A stretch of DNA of 63,212 nt, the filler included, from Octopus bimaculoides (lineage: Eukaryota), in assembly GCF_001194135.2 (NCBI RefSeq). It is 9 parts of 8 records of this genome, joined end to end, with 100 filler letters (N's around TTAATTAATTAA, not from the genome) between each part and the next. Parts side by side here need not be neighbours in the genome. Positions count along the whole stretch, not along the records: positions 35,877 to 40,997 come from NC_068983.1; positions 41,098 to 47,807 come from NC_068999.1; positions 47,908 to 51,262 come from NW_026365363.1; 6 more parts are not named here. One strand, written 5' to 3'. The notes under the pieces were generated by a model, which saw only the letters and a program-made list of their open reading frames with translations, did not search any database and had not been told where the DNA came from. Both the position numbers and the translations under genes were made by a program. Position 1 is the stretch's first letter; each line of letters opens with the position of its first letter. Positions 36,180-49,279 of this stretch are shown here, one piece after another.

Positions 36180-36930
36180 AACTTCTTTGCGGTCTCTCGA
36201 TCTTCTAAAATAAGTAGCTAATTTATTCAGATTACACTCTTGGGTCTTTGAAAAATTAAAGTCCCATTGGGTGTTCAGGGCTGGAAAACGTTTGATCTTA
36301 GGCCTGCTAGATAAGTGCCTACCCAGGGCTAAACAACATCAACAGTATTTATTCTTACTTGTGACGTCATTATGCAAATTGCTTCCGCGTGTACCTAGAG
36401 AGAGAGTGTGTGTGTGTGTGTGTGTGCATGTGTTTCTGTGTGTGCGTGCACGTGTGTATGTTGATGCGCGTATGTAAATGTGTTTAACAATGTGTATGTG
36501 TGTATCATCGTGTACAGTCGTTAAACAAATTAGACTTAAACAGTTTTAATGAATTCCAGTTAATGCCAGATTAATTAATTAAGTCCTGCAAAGCCTAAAA
36601 GGCAATGTCACCATATTGTAAGGCAAGGCTGAGAAAGGAATATATATACGTGTGTGTAAGTATAAGGGTTATACAATTCCACACACTCACAAACATATAT
36701 ATACATACACATACACTCTCTCTCACACAGAATTATATATACACACATACATATATAGATATAAGTGTGTCTGTGTGCAAAATATTTTATTCTAGTTTTA
36801 GTTTTACACTTTAAAATCTTTAACTTTCAAATCTCAATCACATTTTTCATTTCCCTCGAGTTGAAAATTTCGCACTGGCAATTGAACACTTGACCTTATA
36901 GTCTAGACTAAATGAAACCGGAAGTCACCT
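36180..36930 (-). promoter_or_regulatory. Candidate DAAM promoter region
   Basis: Largely unique sequence with a perfect CRE TGACGTCA (36362-36369), an octamer ATGCAAAT (36372-36379), ETS cores (CTTCCG 36382-36387; ACCGGAAGT 36917-36925), at the point where CpG depletion ends. The TSS itself is not observable. Confidence 0.4.
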
Positions 36931-39179
36931 TAAACAAATCTGTTTCTGAAGTCTGTTATTTGAGAACTGAACTTTAGTAAGTCTGTAGGAGAGTTAAGAA
37001 AGTTGGAGTGAGATTGCAGACACGAAATAAAGAATCGTTAGAATTAAATGCCTTTCGTACCTTAACATTCTTTACGAGGATCATTCTCCTACACTCTTTG
37101 TGGGTCAACAAAGTTGGGCTGCAGAGAATGAAAGTGAGAGATGGTACTGAGAGTGATATAACCTTGTGGTTCTTAATCTGGACGTTAGCGGCATTTGAAG
37201 ACGTTATGAATTCACAAAGGTGTTGTAAATATCAAGGGAGAGCCGGACGTTCAGATGACGCGTGATTTGTTTTAGAAGTATTTAACTCAAGTATAATACC
37301 TATATTATAAACACAATTTCAAAATAGATAAATAAATAAATAAAATAAAAATAAAAGAAAGGAAAGGATATTGTTGGATATTATTACCAGTATTAAAACC
37401 TGATGAGGACATTGTGTTTACTGCAAGAAAAATCATGATTGATAGTGTCCAATATTCGTCTTATTTATAAGCCACTCCTTTAAGCATCTTTCATAAAAAT
37501 TTGATATAGAGTGTTTTATTTCCACGCAGAGACGAATAAGAAAATATGGACAATGAAACTACAACACAGAATTAACTTCTGTTTGAATAAAGAAGCTGCT
37601 ATGCTTTTGATTACTTTTGGCTAAACATGAGGGAAGCGTTTGAAAACGCCATTCAGTGAAAGGAACTATGGCTAAAACCCACTAATCTACAGCAACTGTA
37701 CTCCTTTCAAAAGAGAAAAAAGAAATACGTGGGGTGACGGCTCATGTCATTAGTTTATTAGTGGAATAGGTTTTGTAGTAGAATCGGTAGCGCGGCACTT
37801 TAAAAGTCTTGTAGTATTTAGTTGTGTGTTATGTTTTTAGTTTGGATTTTGCCGAGCTCAACTTTGTCTTTCGACATTCTGGAGTTAGTGTTGTTGTTTA
37901 GCCCAAGGTCAGCGTTGATCAAGCAGACATATGATCAATATCGCTCTAGCCTTGATCACCCATGTGCAGTGAATTCAGGACCCCGTTATGCAATGTGACT
38001 TTTCTGAAACTGGGATGGGATTTGAAGGAGATTTGGTTACTATTTCTGGAAGGTGAACGACATCGTAATGACTCTTGTTGATAATGGTAGAAATAATACC
38101 GGGGTCTAGTCCCCCAACTCCGCGTCCTATCAGACATATGACAAAAGACGCTCTTGATAGGACAGTGTGTGTTTTTATCGGAGAATATAAGGTGCGATTT
38201 TACTACGATCTGGCTGCTAATTTTAGTAGGTCGAAAACCACGTAGAGTCTCCCTTGTTGGCCGTCTGGGGCTTCATAAGGCTTTGGGATGGATAGTAAAG
38301 GGCATAGTCGATGAAATTAACTCCCAGTACTTAATTGGTGTTTATTATTTCATCTCCTGAAGAGATGAAAGACAAAGTCGACCTCAGTGGGATTTGAACC
38401 CAAGAACGTAAAGGGATTTAATCCGACGCTTTAGTTCATCAGCCACCTCTCTTACTACCCTTCTAAGTCAAAGAATAGTAATAAAAGAACACCAAGTGAA
38501 GAATTAATGTTAGAAGTGAACAATGGTTTCATTTGGGATAATTACGTTGACATTTTTGAAATGGTATTTCAGCGAGGGCCCGGGGTAAAGAAAGCGGAAC
38601 AATAAGGGTGAAGGGGTGGGACTAGGAAATCAGTAAGTAAAAGAGGAAGGGTGTGAGAAGAACTCGAAATATAGGAAAATGTAGGTGAACGTTAAATAGG
38701 GGATAGTGTCACGCTTGGTTGACTACTTAATGGCACGGGATATAAATATATATATCTTGTATTCCCACTATACATATATACTTAAACTTATTCACTTATT
38801 ATGTATGCGTATATCATCATCATCATCATCGTCGTCGTCGTCGTCGTCGTCATTGTCATCACCATCATCACCATCACCATCTATGTGTGTGTATATAAAT
38901 ATATANNNNNNNNNNNNNNNNNNNNNNNNNNNNNNNNNNNNNNNNNNNNNNNNNNNNNNNNNNNNNNNNNNNNNNNNNNNNNNNNNNNNNNNNNNNNNNN
39001 NNNNNNNNNNNNNNNNNNNNNNNNNNNNNNNNNNNNNNNNNNNNNNNNNNNNNNNNNNNNNNNNNNNNNNNNNNNNNNNNNNNNNNNNNNNNNNNNNNNN
39101 NNNNNNNNNNNNNNNNNNNNNNNNNNNNNNNNNNNNNNNNNNNNNNNNNNNNNNNNNNNNNNNNNNNNNNNNNNNNNNC

Positions 39180-39495
39180 TTCTACTATAGCCTCGGGCCG
39201 ACCAAAGCCTTGTGAGTGGATTTGGTAGACGGAAACTGAAAGAAGCCCGTCGTATATATGTATATATATATGTATGTATGTGTTTGTGTGTCTGTGTTTG
39301 TCCCCCCAACATCGCTTGACAACCGATGCTGGTGTGTTTATGTCCCCGTAACTTAGCGGTTCGGCAAAAGAGACCGATAGAATAAGTACTAGGCTTCTAA
39401 AGAATAAGTCCTGGGGTCGATTTGCTCGACTAAAGGCGGTGCTCCAGCATGGCCGCAGTTAAAAGACTGAAACAAGTAAAAGAGTAAAAGAGTAT
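39180..39495 (+). mobile_element. tRNA-derived SINE with internal TA/TG microsatellite (5' end in gap)
   Basis: cctcgggccgaccaaagccttgtg..gaaagaagcccgtcg(TA/TG)n..cttagcggttcggcaaaagagaccgatag..gcggtgctccagcatggccgcag, followed by an (AAAGAGT) tail. Confidence 0.85.
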
Positions 39496-39618
39496 ATATG
39501 ATGTATACTTACACATGCATGTGCGTGTATGCATTATGTGTGTGCGTGCGCGGGTGTAAGGAGAGAGAAAAAAAGAAACGAAGAAGGCAAGAAATAAATA
39601 AAGAAAGAAAGAAAGAAG

Positions 39619-39662
<44 letters not shown>

Positions 39663-39819
39663 CCATGTTAGCCTGATACATTGGCCAGGGAATGTTTATT
39701 TGGAGTAGCGAATTTTATGGCAAAAACATACCTTGTATATCGTTACTCAAAATGTAAACCACATGCGTTAGAACTATCACAACTGAGGACAGATCACGTA
39801 TTCCCATCAAGCATTAGGA

Positions 39820-39990
39820 CAACACATTGGTTTCAAATTTTGGCACAAGGCCAGCAATTTAGAGCGTTGGTAAGTCGATTACATTGACCCCAGTGCTCAG
39901 CTGTTACTTATTTTAACGACCCTGAAAAGCTGAAAGGTAAAGTCGACCTCGGCGGAATTTGAACTCAGAAAGTAAAGACGGACGAATTAG
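39820..39990 (-). mobile_element. SINE of the gcctttcatcc-core family, CpGs retained
   Basis: ttggtttcaaattttggcacaaggcc..aaagtcgacctcggcggaatttgaactcag is the reverse complement of the 24863/30078 units. Confidence 0.8.
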
Positions 39991-41271
39991 GACAACATAT
40001 TAGGAGAAAAAAAAAAAGCTTTGGAAACCAGTGCCGTATTTAGACAATAAGCTAAACATGTTACAGCTTAGGGCTTCGCAATCTATCGAGTCTCTAAAAT
40101 ATAGAAAAAGCATATGCTTCCAAATTTTGCGAAACCTGGTATATTTTCTTAAGAGACCAAGAGTTTTATATAGTTTAGAGCATCACCGCAGCATGCTGAC
40201 AACAAATCTTGAGGAATATTTACAGCAAATTTTGGGACAACACATTAAGCATTAAAGGATTATATATATTTTCACATACACACGTTCGCAAAAAAAAAAA
40301 TTGCTTTAAGGCCGTACATTTACAACCAGCATTGATATTAATATCAAACCTTGATACAATATAAATCTACAAATCTAGAGATTGCTCAACAGTGGTATGG
40401 TAAATGTGACGGTACCACAGCAGTAATACGTATTTATAACAAGAAACATGACATTATAATAATCATTTCTGTTTGAACTAGCGCATTAGATCACACACAC
40501 AAAAGTAATGTAAAAGAATCAGTGAAATCTACACATGTCGATATGAATCTGGACGCAATAGAATTCCTTCTACCAAGGAATCGTTGGTAACACTACAAAG
40601 GTAAAAGCCATTGGAATTTATCCCTTTGTGGTCTCATGCTTTCATAAATTATGTTCTTGTAATACCTTCATAATAACTGTTATCTCTTAATAAATTTCGC
40701 CTGGCGCAGGAATTTCACAACGAAGCGTCAGATAAATATTGCATAATGTTTAGAAAAACAAAGATAATATTGAGATAAATATATTTATTGACTCTAAACT
40801 GTTCGTAATTTAGAATAGCGTGTAAATTATCTATTTTATGGATTAGTATGGGTAAGAAGAGCAGCTCTTAAAGACTTCTTTGCAAGGACTTCAACCACGA
40901 CTTGATTCGTGTTGGAGTTTACTAAACTCTGCTAAAAACATTCAATGGTCAGGTTAGTAGTGTTAAACCAGGTGATATATATATATATATATATATANNN
41001 NNNNNNNNNNNNNNNNNNNNNNNNNNNNNNNNNNNNNNNNNTTAATTAATTAANNNNNNNNNNNNNNNNNNNNNNNNNNNNNNNNNNNNNNNNNNNNTCT
41101 ACCTTTATTTCTTTGTTGGGAGCTAACTCCTTTCATGTAGGTAAAAATCAAAACAAACATAGGTGTAGTCATAGATATGCGTTTCAGAAGTTCGCTTCGC
41201 AATCACATGGTTCAACCCCAGCTCGCGGCACTTTGGGTCAGCGTTGCCGTGTCTTCCACACACACACACAT

Positions 41272-41328
<57 letters not shown>

Positions 41329-41364
41329 AGCCCGCCGTGTGTATATTTATATATATTATAATAA

Positions 41365-41604
41365 GGGAGGCCGGTTTATGGGGTTACCCTGGGTTTCTCG
41401 CTCATAAGGGGTTTGGCCTAACGACGTATCTTCAGACCCCAAATAGTGCTGGCCTGAGACCTCTTCAAAATATGGAGGGGGAAATGCCTCGCTATAAAGG
41501 TAAAAAATAGGCGATTATCACCTAGTTTGTGGTTTGAAGATACGCCGTAAGGCCAAACCCCTTATGAGCGAGTAACCCAGGGTTACCTCATAAACCGACC
41601 TCCC
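41365..41604. mobile_element. MITE with about 80-bp TIRs (PIF/Harbinger-like ends)
   Basis: GGGAGGCCGGTTTATGGGGTTACCCTGGG.. versus ..CCCAGGGTTACCTCATAAACCGACCTCCC; flanks taa / tca; no coding capacity. Confidence 0.75.
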
Positions 41605-42472
41605 TCATTATGATATCAAAATATACCGACAGAGTAAGTACCAGACTTAAAAATATATATCACTGTCGATTTGATTCGACTAAACACTTCAAGGTTATAC
41701 TCCAGTATGGCCGCAGTCGAATGACTGGAACAAGTAAAATAAGAAACAAATCAAAGACTACAGACAAGAGCTGTTGTTTTTGTTTTTTTTAAAGTACTGT
41801 AACTGGATTTAATATGCAAAACACAAACATCGAAAGAGAGGGGGAGAGAGAAAGAGAAAAAGAGGGGGAGAGAGAAAGAGGAAAAGGGGGAGAGAGAGTG
41901 TTGTGGAGAGTGGAGTAGACAAGGTAGACTTGTTGAGACAGAGAAAATAAAGTTGAAATTACTTTTGAAACATAATGTTAAAGTAAACTGGAATATATTT
42001 TAGCAACCGCCATCTTTCTAGAGATAAACATCATGTCTGACTTGGCTGAAATACCCGCAAACATTTCGTCTCGTCTGCAAGTGTGTCTTTCCATATCAAT
42101 TCCAGGGGGTTCTGATCGATGTTTCGTTTTCTCTATTTATTTACTTCTTTCTTTCTCCATCTCTCTCTCGTTCATAGCATTCTCATGCTATCCTCTCTCT
42201 GTTTTTCTCATGTTTTCATTTGCATGCTCTCATACTATATGTAACTCTCTTTCCCTCTCTCTCTCTTTCTTTCCCTGACATCCACGTCTTCCCTTATATG
42301 ATAATAAACGGTGTAGCTAGAGACAGTGTCATGTATGTCAGAATGGAGTTGTTGTCGTTGTGGATATTCATGTGTCAAAAACAGGTTTGAAACTGACAGA
42401 ACACATGTCCTGATATGTTTATAAATTGTGTATGTGTGCACATACGTATACATTTACACATATGTCATTCTC

Positions 42473-42543
<71 letters not shown>

Positions 42544-42699
42544 AACGTATATATACATATAATAACGAATATATACATATAATAACGTATATATATATAT
42601 ATATATATATATAATCACATATATATAATAACGTGTATATACATATATATATATAATCACATATATATATATAATCATATATATATATATAATAACGTG

Positions 42700-42741
<42 letters not shown>

Positions 42742-43278
42742 CACATATAAGCTTGCGCCACCATCATCTCACACTTATATAATCGAATATGTTATGATAT
42801 GTTGCCAATATGTCGGACGCATACTGTAACTATTGTAATTAAAATGCAAACAATAACAGACGCGCGCACACACACGCACGCATGCACATAAACACACAAA
42901 CACACACGTACGATGATGATGATGGTGACGACGAGTAACTCATCAAACTTCCATATCATAGATGGTGTTGATGGCCATGATGATGATGATGATGCTGACG
43001 AAGGGTATAGTGATGGTGGAGGTGGGTGAGGATGATGATGACACGTAACTTATATTTTTACTGGTTTGCACTGTGAGGCTTGACATTCGATCGAACCCCT
43101 TTTTTTCCCGGTATATTGGTGTATTTCTAGACAAAAGGTGGATAAAAAGGAAAGTCATATCGAACGGGGTTTTCACAAATATTAGACCTGTAGATGGAAA
43201 GACAGGTTGATTCACATAGAGAGATATACAACGGTGACAGACTAACAGCTAGAGCAACAAGTCCGGTTTCAAAGTAAC

Positions 43279-43375
<97 letters not shown>

Positions 43376-44237
43376 ATAGTTGAGGGGATAAGTATGAACC
43401 AGGCGATCACCTAATCAACATTTCATTCAGGAGCCTTGTTAGCATAGTGTCCAAATAACCGAAAGATAATTAGTTATACCTCGATTAATTACAAAAGCTG
43501 CACTTCGCCAATCCAAGTTATGCATATCCAGTAGGCATGTTGTAATCTTACAAAATTATTTTAATTCAGTAAATAATTATTATTTTAATTCAGGAAAAAA
43601 AGAAGTCATATCAAAGAGTTGATATCGATTGAAATTAAAACGTCTGAAGGAAATTTCGTATATAATACAAAATAAACGACGTTCGTTGATGGAGACGTAC
43701 ATAACATTGATTTGAATTCCCTTTTCTTCAATAAAAGTAATTTTGTGTAAGTGCGCGCGCGTAGTTTGGAGCTGGGAGTACTTGAAATGCAAAATGAATA
43801 TACATGTTAGATACAGTGGATATGCTTAATAGATGTTTCTTAGCAGCGAAAGATACCCGATGATACGAGTTATCATCACTGGACCTGTGAAACGGGGAGA
43901 TAAATGGAGAGCAGGGTAGCTAGATGATGGAACATAGAAAAACATATATTGTTATTGCTTCTTGCGTTTCAAATATATTCGTCCTCGAGGACCAACATCA
44001 CTGACTCAGATAAATAATTCCTTTTTTTAAAAAAACAATAGGACTCGAAACTCATAAAGTTGTAAATGATAGCATGGAAATATTGGATTTAAAAAAATCC
44101 TTTTGGATGGAGATATATATATATATATATATGCACGTACACGCACATACATTTATATGTATTTTGGGAAAAGGGGAAAGAAAGTAATTTTAGGTAAAAT
44201 TATGTCTCCAAAATTCAGTATATATGTGTCTATATGT

Positions 44238-44270
<33 letters not shown>

Positions 44271-44392
44271 CTTGTTTATGGGGAATTATATGCTATAGGT
44301 GCATGTGTGTAAGTATTTATTGCGTCTGTATGCATAATTTTCGACTCGTACATGTATGTATTCATAAATGTGTGTTTATACACATTGCATTA

Positions 44393-44430
<38 letters not shown>

Positions 44431-44846
44431 CCGTAAAACAGTAATGCAATGTGGATAGATAGATAGATACATACATACATACATACATCGTAAAATAGTA
44501 ATGGAAGATGTTATATTACCGATGGTGCTTAGATCAGCTGACAGATGGAAAATGAATGAAGGGAAATCTTGACAGGCTATCAAACAATATCATTAACAAC
44601 AACAACAACAGCAACAACAAGCCAGTAAATTATTTTAAACTATTAAATAGTCACGCGATCCGTGTCACTCTAATCTTTCCATGTCAACAAATCGGTTCGA
44701 TTTATTGCTTAACAAGGTTAGGCGGAACATGAAATAGTTTATCTGCAGTTTGCCTTTTCGTAGCCTTTTTCTTTATTAAATTCCGCCATTTTGTATACTT
44801 TCAGAATTTTATTTTTAGTAATTGTTTTACACACACACACATTATT

Positions 44847-44887
<41 letters not shown>

Positions 44888-45449
44888 CATAGTTTACATT
44901 TTTCTGCCTCTTTTAATAACTGTTTCCGGCATCTTTCTGAGATGGTTGTTGTTTGGTTCCCAAATCAAAGCTGATTGAATAAACCAACTATCGAAGATAT
45001 TCGAACTGTGACCATTCCCAACTGTGACCATCCCCAGGTGGAGGTTCAGTAGTTAATTCATTTATTTACTTATCTTTGTATTTTCTAGAATGAAACCTTT
45101 GTTGTAGGATGGTGGTTCGTTACTCGCAAAGAAGTTTGGCTGGTGCTTTTAGCAGTTAGTATGACCGCATAGTTTCCTACTTTTACTTCATTTCCATCGG
45201 AGTTTTAGACACAGCAGGGTGTCAAACAACATACATTGGGGTATTTAGTTCCATTGAGGTATTTATTATTTATATAATAAAATGATCGTAATAATAATGA
45301 AAATTGTTGTACACAGTGCTGCTCAGGTACACTACGACTCACCAGAAAAAGTAACCAAATACGCATGAACAGTGGCACTCCGTCGGTTACGGCGACAAGG
45401 GTTCCAGTTGATCCGATCAACGGAACAGGCTGTTCATGAAATTAACGTG

Positions 45450-45480
<31 letters not shown>

Positions 45481-45780
45481 CAGACAGGTAGATAGATAGA
45501 TAGACAGACAGGTAGATAGATAGAGACAGACAGGTAGATAGATAGAGACAGACAGGTAGATAGATAGAGACAGACAGGTAGATAGATAGAGACAGACAGG
45601 TAGATAGATAGAGACAGACAGGTAGATAGANNNNNNNNNNNNNNNNNNNNNNNNNNNNNNNNNNNNNNNNNNNNNNNNNNNNNNNNNNNNNNNNNNNNNN
45701 NNNNNNNNNNAGATAGAGACAGACAGATAGATAGATAGAGACAGACAGATAGATAGAGACAGACAGACAGACAGACAGAC

Positions 45781-45865
<85 letters not shown>
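45450..45865. repeat. (GATA)/(GACA) microsatellite with a 22-bp higher-order unit
   Basis: GAGACAGACAGGTAGATAGATA is repeated about 5-6 times in 45500-45630, followed by a gap and pure (AGAT)n. Confidence 0.9.
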
Positions 45866-46589
45866 TGCATGCATCATTTTGTAGAGAACTGTCAAGCAGA
45901 AAATCGATCGAAGCAAGAATAATTTCTGTATAGAATTTCCCTTTCCCCCACACACACGCACTTCTCTCTCTCTCTCTCTTTTATTCACTCCAATGAATAC
46001 ATTCACTGACCTGGTGGCGCTGTTAAACTGATGACGTCCAGATATGTACCGCGTTAAAGTCATTTGCTATTGGAAGCAAACTTTTAATTTTTCGCATGGA
46101 AAATTATGTCAAGCTTATGATTGTATCATTTTGGTGGTCGGTTAATAAGTCTCAAATTCCAGACTATTTTTCGAATTTTCATTTTCTGAGGCTTCAGGAC
46201 CTAAAACTGGGTGGCCAGCCGCGTGTATGATTTAACTTTACTTCATTGTCGTGTCTCCAAATATATTTTGTAGAAACTAAAATAGGATTTTGTATCACAA
46301 TGACGTGTATTATTTCATATCTTAGGAGAATAGTTTCCATCTGTTATTGTCTCAGTATGGTAGTCGCAGCTATTTTACGGTCTCTTAGTCAGTGGAAGGG
46401 CGTGGCTTAAAGGTTCGGGTATACAGCTTACGACAGTAAGGCCATGATTTCGATTCCCAGGCTGCGCACTGTGTCCTTGAGCAAGACATGTCTCTATGTT
46501 TTCACTGTCCTCCGTATGTTCAACTGACTAAATTAAAATATGGTCAATATTTCGGATTATAATTGCTGTATATTACACATTTCTGCGAG

Positions 46590-46745
46590 CAGAACAGATA
46601 ACAGAATGAGGAGGCAAACTGCAGAAGAAACGAGCATCTTCAACATCCTCGACCTTCACCGACCCATCAGGTGTGAGTTCTGCCCACGATTCTTTCACCA
46701 CCGACTTGGACTCCAAAGTCACTTTCGGCACAAACATCAACAGAG
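46590..46745 (+). mobile_element. RTE LINE extreme C-terminal zinc-finger fragment
   Basis: CEFCPRFFHHRLGLQSHFRHKH, the CxxC..R.GL.SH.R.H end motif of RTE ORF2. Confidence 0.55.
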
Positions 46746-47025
46746 GAGGCAGGACGGAAACTGACGCACCTGACGCTCGGATACGAGCTGGAGCCGACAA
46801 TATTACACATTTCTTCTTTCTTAATAATTCATTCCATTTACATTTCAACTCGCTTCCTTCACTACTTCATTACACTTCAATTACCTGAGGCTCCTAGATT
46901 TGATCAATATAAATAAATGTGGATTGGTGTGTTTACATCCCCGTAAGATATCGATAGAATAAGTACTAAGCGTAAAAAGTAAGTGTTCCTGCATGGTCGC
47001 AGTCAAATGCCTGAAACAGTTAAAA

Positions 47026-47077
<52 letters not shown>

Positions 47078-47907
47078 TTTTAACTATATATATATATATA
47101 TTCTTTTAACTATATATATATATATCAGCTGTGTTTGTAATGGAAGACAGGATAATCATGGCTGGAGCGCTTTTTACTGACCTTTGGTTAATGTACAACA
47201 GCAACAACATTATAGATAAGCCAAGATAGGCTTTACATGGTCACTCAAAATGTCAGAAATAACAGTCAGATCTCTGTCTGTTGACACCTTACCGTGGATC
47301 CAAAGCATAATGTTGTTCGGGAGAAAAGATGAGACGGCCATAACTAGATCGTCTTTGCTCATTTGTCTGTTCAAGTTTAGGCCGGACCAGAATCTGGACG
47401 ACTTTATCAGCGAAACAAACAGATTATCAAATGTTTCGTCTCTGTTGTTGTTTTCCGTTTATTTTTGTTAAATGTAATGGCCCTCATCAGAGTTCATGAA
47501 TGTGTCTGGTGTAGATTTAGGGACATCCTGTGTGAGTGTAGGTGTATGTGTGTGCATGCGTATAAAACTTGAATGCAGTTATTTCCGTATATATTCTCCA
47601 CATCATTCGAACATACTGAGCTGCAAGACACATTTAGATTAGTTCAGGAAGCTATATATATAATATAACACATATGTGTATAATATATATTCTATGTTTG
47701 GTGATAAACGATACTTAATCGTATCTCATGAAGAAAACTGTATACAGTATGTTTCCTGCCGTATTATGCAAAATATTCATAAAATTATCCTATATATATA
47801 TATATATNNNNNNNNNNNNNNNNNNNNNNNNNNNNNNNNNNNNNNNNNNNNTTAATTAATTAANNNNNNNNNNNNNNNNNNNNNNNNNNNNNNNNNNNNN
47901 NNNNNNN

Positions 47908-47953
<46 letters not shown>

Positions 47954-48178
47954 CATAGCAAAGTCTGTTTCTCTCCATCTCTCTTTCTGTGTGTGTGTGT
48001 ATAGTTGAGTGTTTGTGTGGGTGTATAAATACATCATTCGCAATACACTTTTGTGTATATCTTTATGTAATATAAGCAGAAAACTCGATACTATCAGGAA
48101 GAGATAGTTTAACAGAATCAAACTTCATATATGTGTGACCGCACACACACACTCACGCGCACACACACACACACACAC

Positions 48179-48215
<37 letters not shown>

Positions 48216-48306
48216 AATGTAGCGTGTAAATGTTTGCAACAACATCTGTGTTATTGTATACATCTGGATTTACACACGCCGCTATGTGTGTATATGTGTG
48301 TGTGTG

Positions 48307-48337
<31 letters not shown>

Positions 48338-48713
48338 ACATATAAATATATTCGCCCGTCTCTGAGGATTCCCACTGAACCACAATGTTCTACCATTCTG
48401 TCAAACGGCAAAAGGAAATCTGAATAAAAAGAAAGACGATTACCGGGAAAAAAAATGAATTGAGAAATATCCGGACCTAGCCAGAGAGACGAAGAGATCG
48501 AGGACAAGAAAGGTGATAATTAGTTATGCGATAATTGGTGCAGTTGGCACCACCACAAGGGACTGAAAGAATTTGGAACCGAGACTGTATTCTGCAGAAA
48601 TCTTAAGAAATATTCTTGAGATTTGTGGTGACTTGTTATCGCCAAGTCACAAAACAACATCTTTGTTAACTGATATAGCACGGGAAAACTTTGGTATAAT
48701 AATACTCTTTTAC

Positions 48714-49222
48714 TCTTTTACTTGTTTCAGTCATTTGACTGCGGCCATGCTAGAGTACCGCCTTTTAGTCGAGAAAATCGACCCCAGGACTTATTCTTTG
48801 TAAGCCTAGTACTTATCCTATTTGTCTCTTTGGCCGAACCGCTAAGTTATGGGGACGTAAACACACCAGCATCAGTTGTCAAGCGATGTTGGCGGGGACA
48901 AACACAGACACAAACATATGCACACACATACATATACATATATACATACATATACATATATACATACATANNNNNNNNNNNNNNNNNNNNNNNNNNNNNN
49001 NNNNNNNNNNNNNNNNNNNNNNNNNNNNNNNNNNNNNNNNNNNNNNNNNNNNNNNNNNNNNNNNNNNNNNNNNNNNNNATATATATATATATACGACGGG
49101 CTTCTTTCAGTTTCCGTCTACCAAATGGTCGGCTCGAGGTTTTAGTAGAAGACACTTGCCCAAGGTGCCACGCAGTGGGAATGAACCCAGAACCATGTGG
49201 TTGGTAAGCGAGCTACTTACCA
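48714..49222 (-). mobile_element. Full tRNA-derived SINE with internal microsatellite (gap inside)
   Basis: Head gcgcaggagtggttgtgtggtaag..ggttcattccc at the right end; tail tactcttttacttgtttcagtcatttgactgcggccatgc at the left end. Confidence 0.88.
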
Positions 49223-49240
49223 CACAACCACTCCTGCGCC

Positions 49241-49279
<39 letters not shown>

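Noticed and set aside
36571-36582. The same 12-mer without flanking Ns, as a homeodomain TAAT cluster
   Set aside because: Cannot be distinguished from a leftover spacer or a chance AT-rich match without reads.
37400-37430. CTGATGA...GAAA hammerhead-like core
   Set aside because: No stem II pairing (ggac has no gtcc partner) and no stem I or III.
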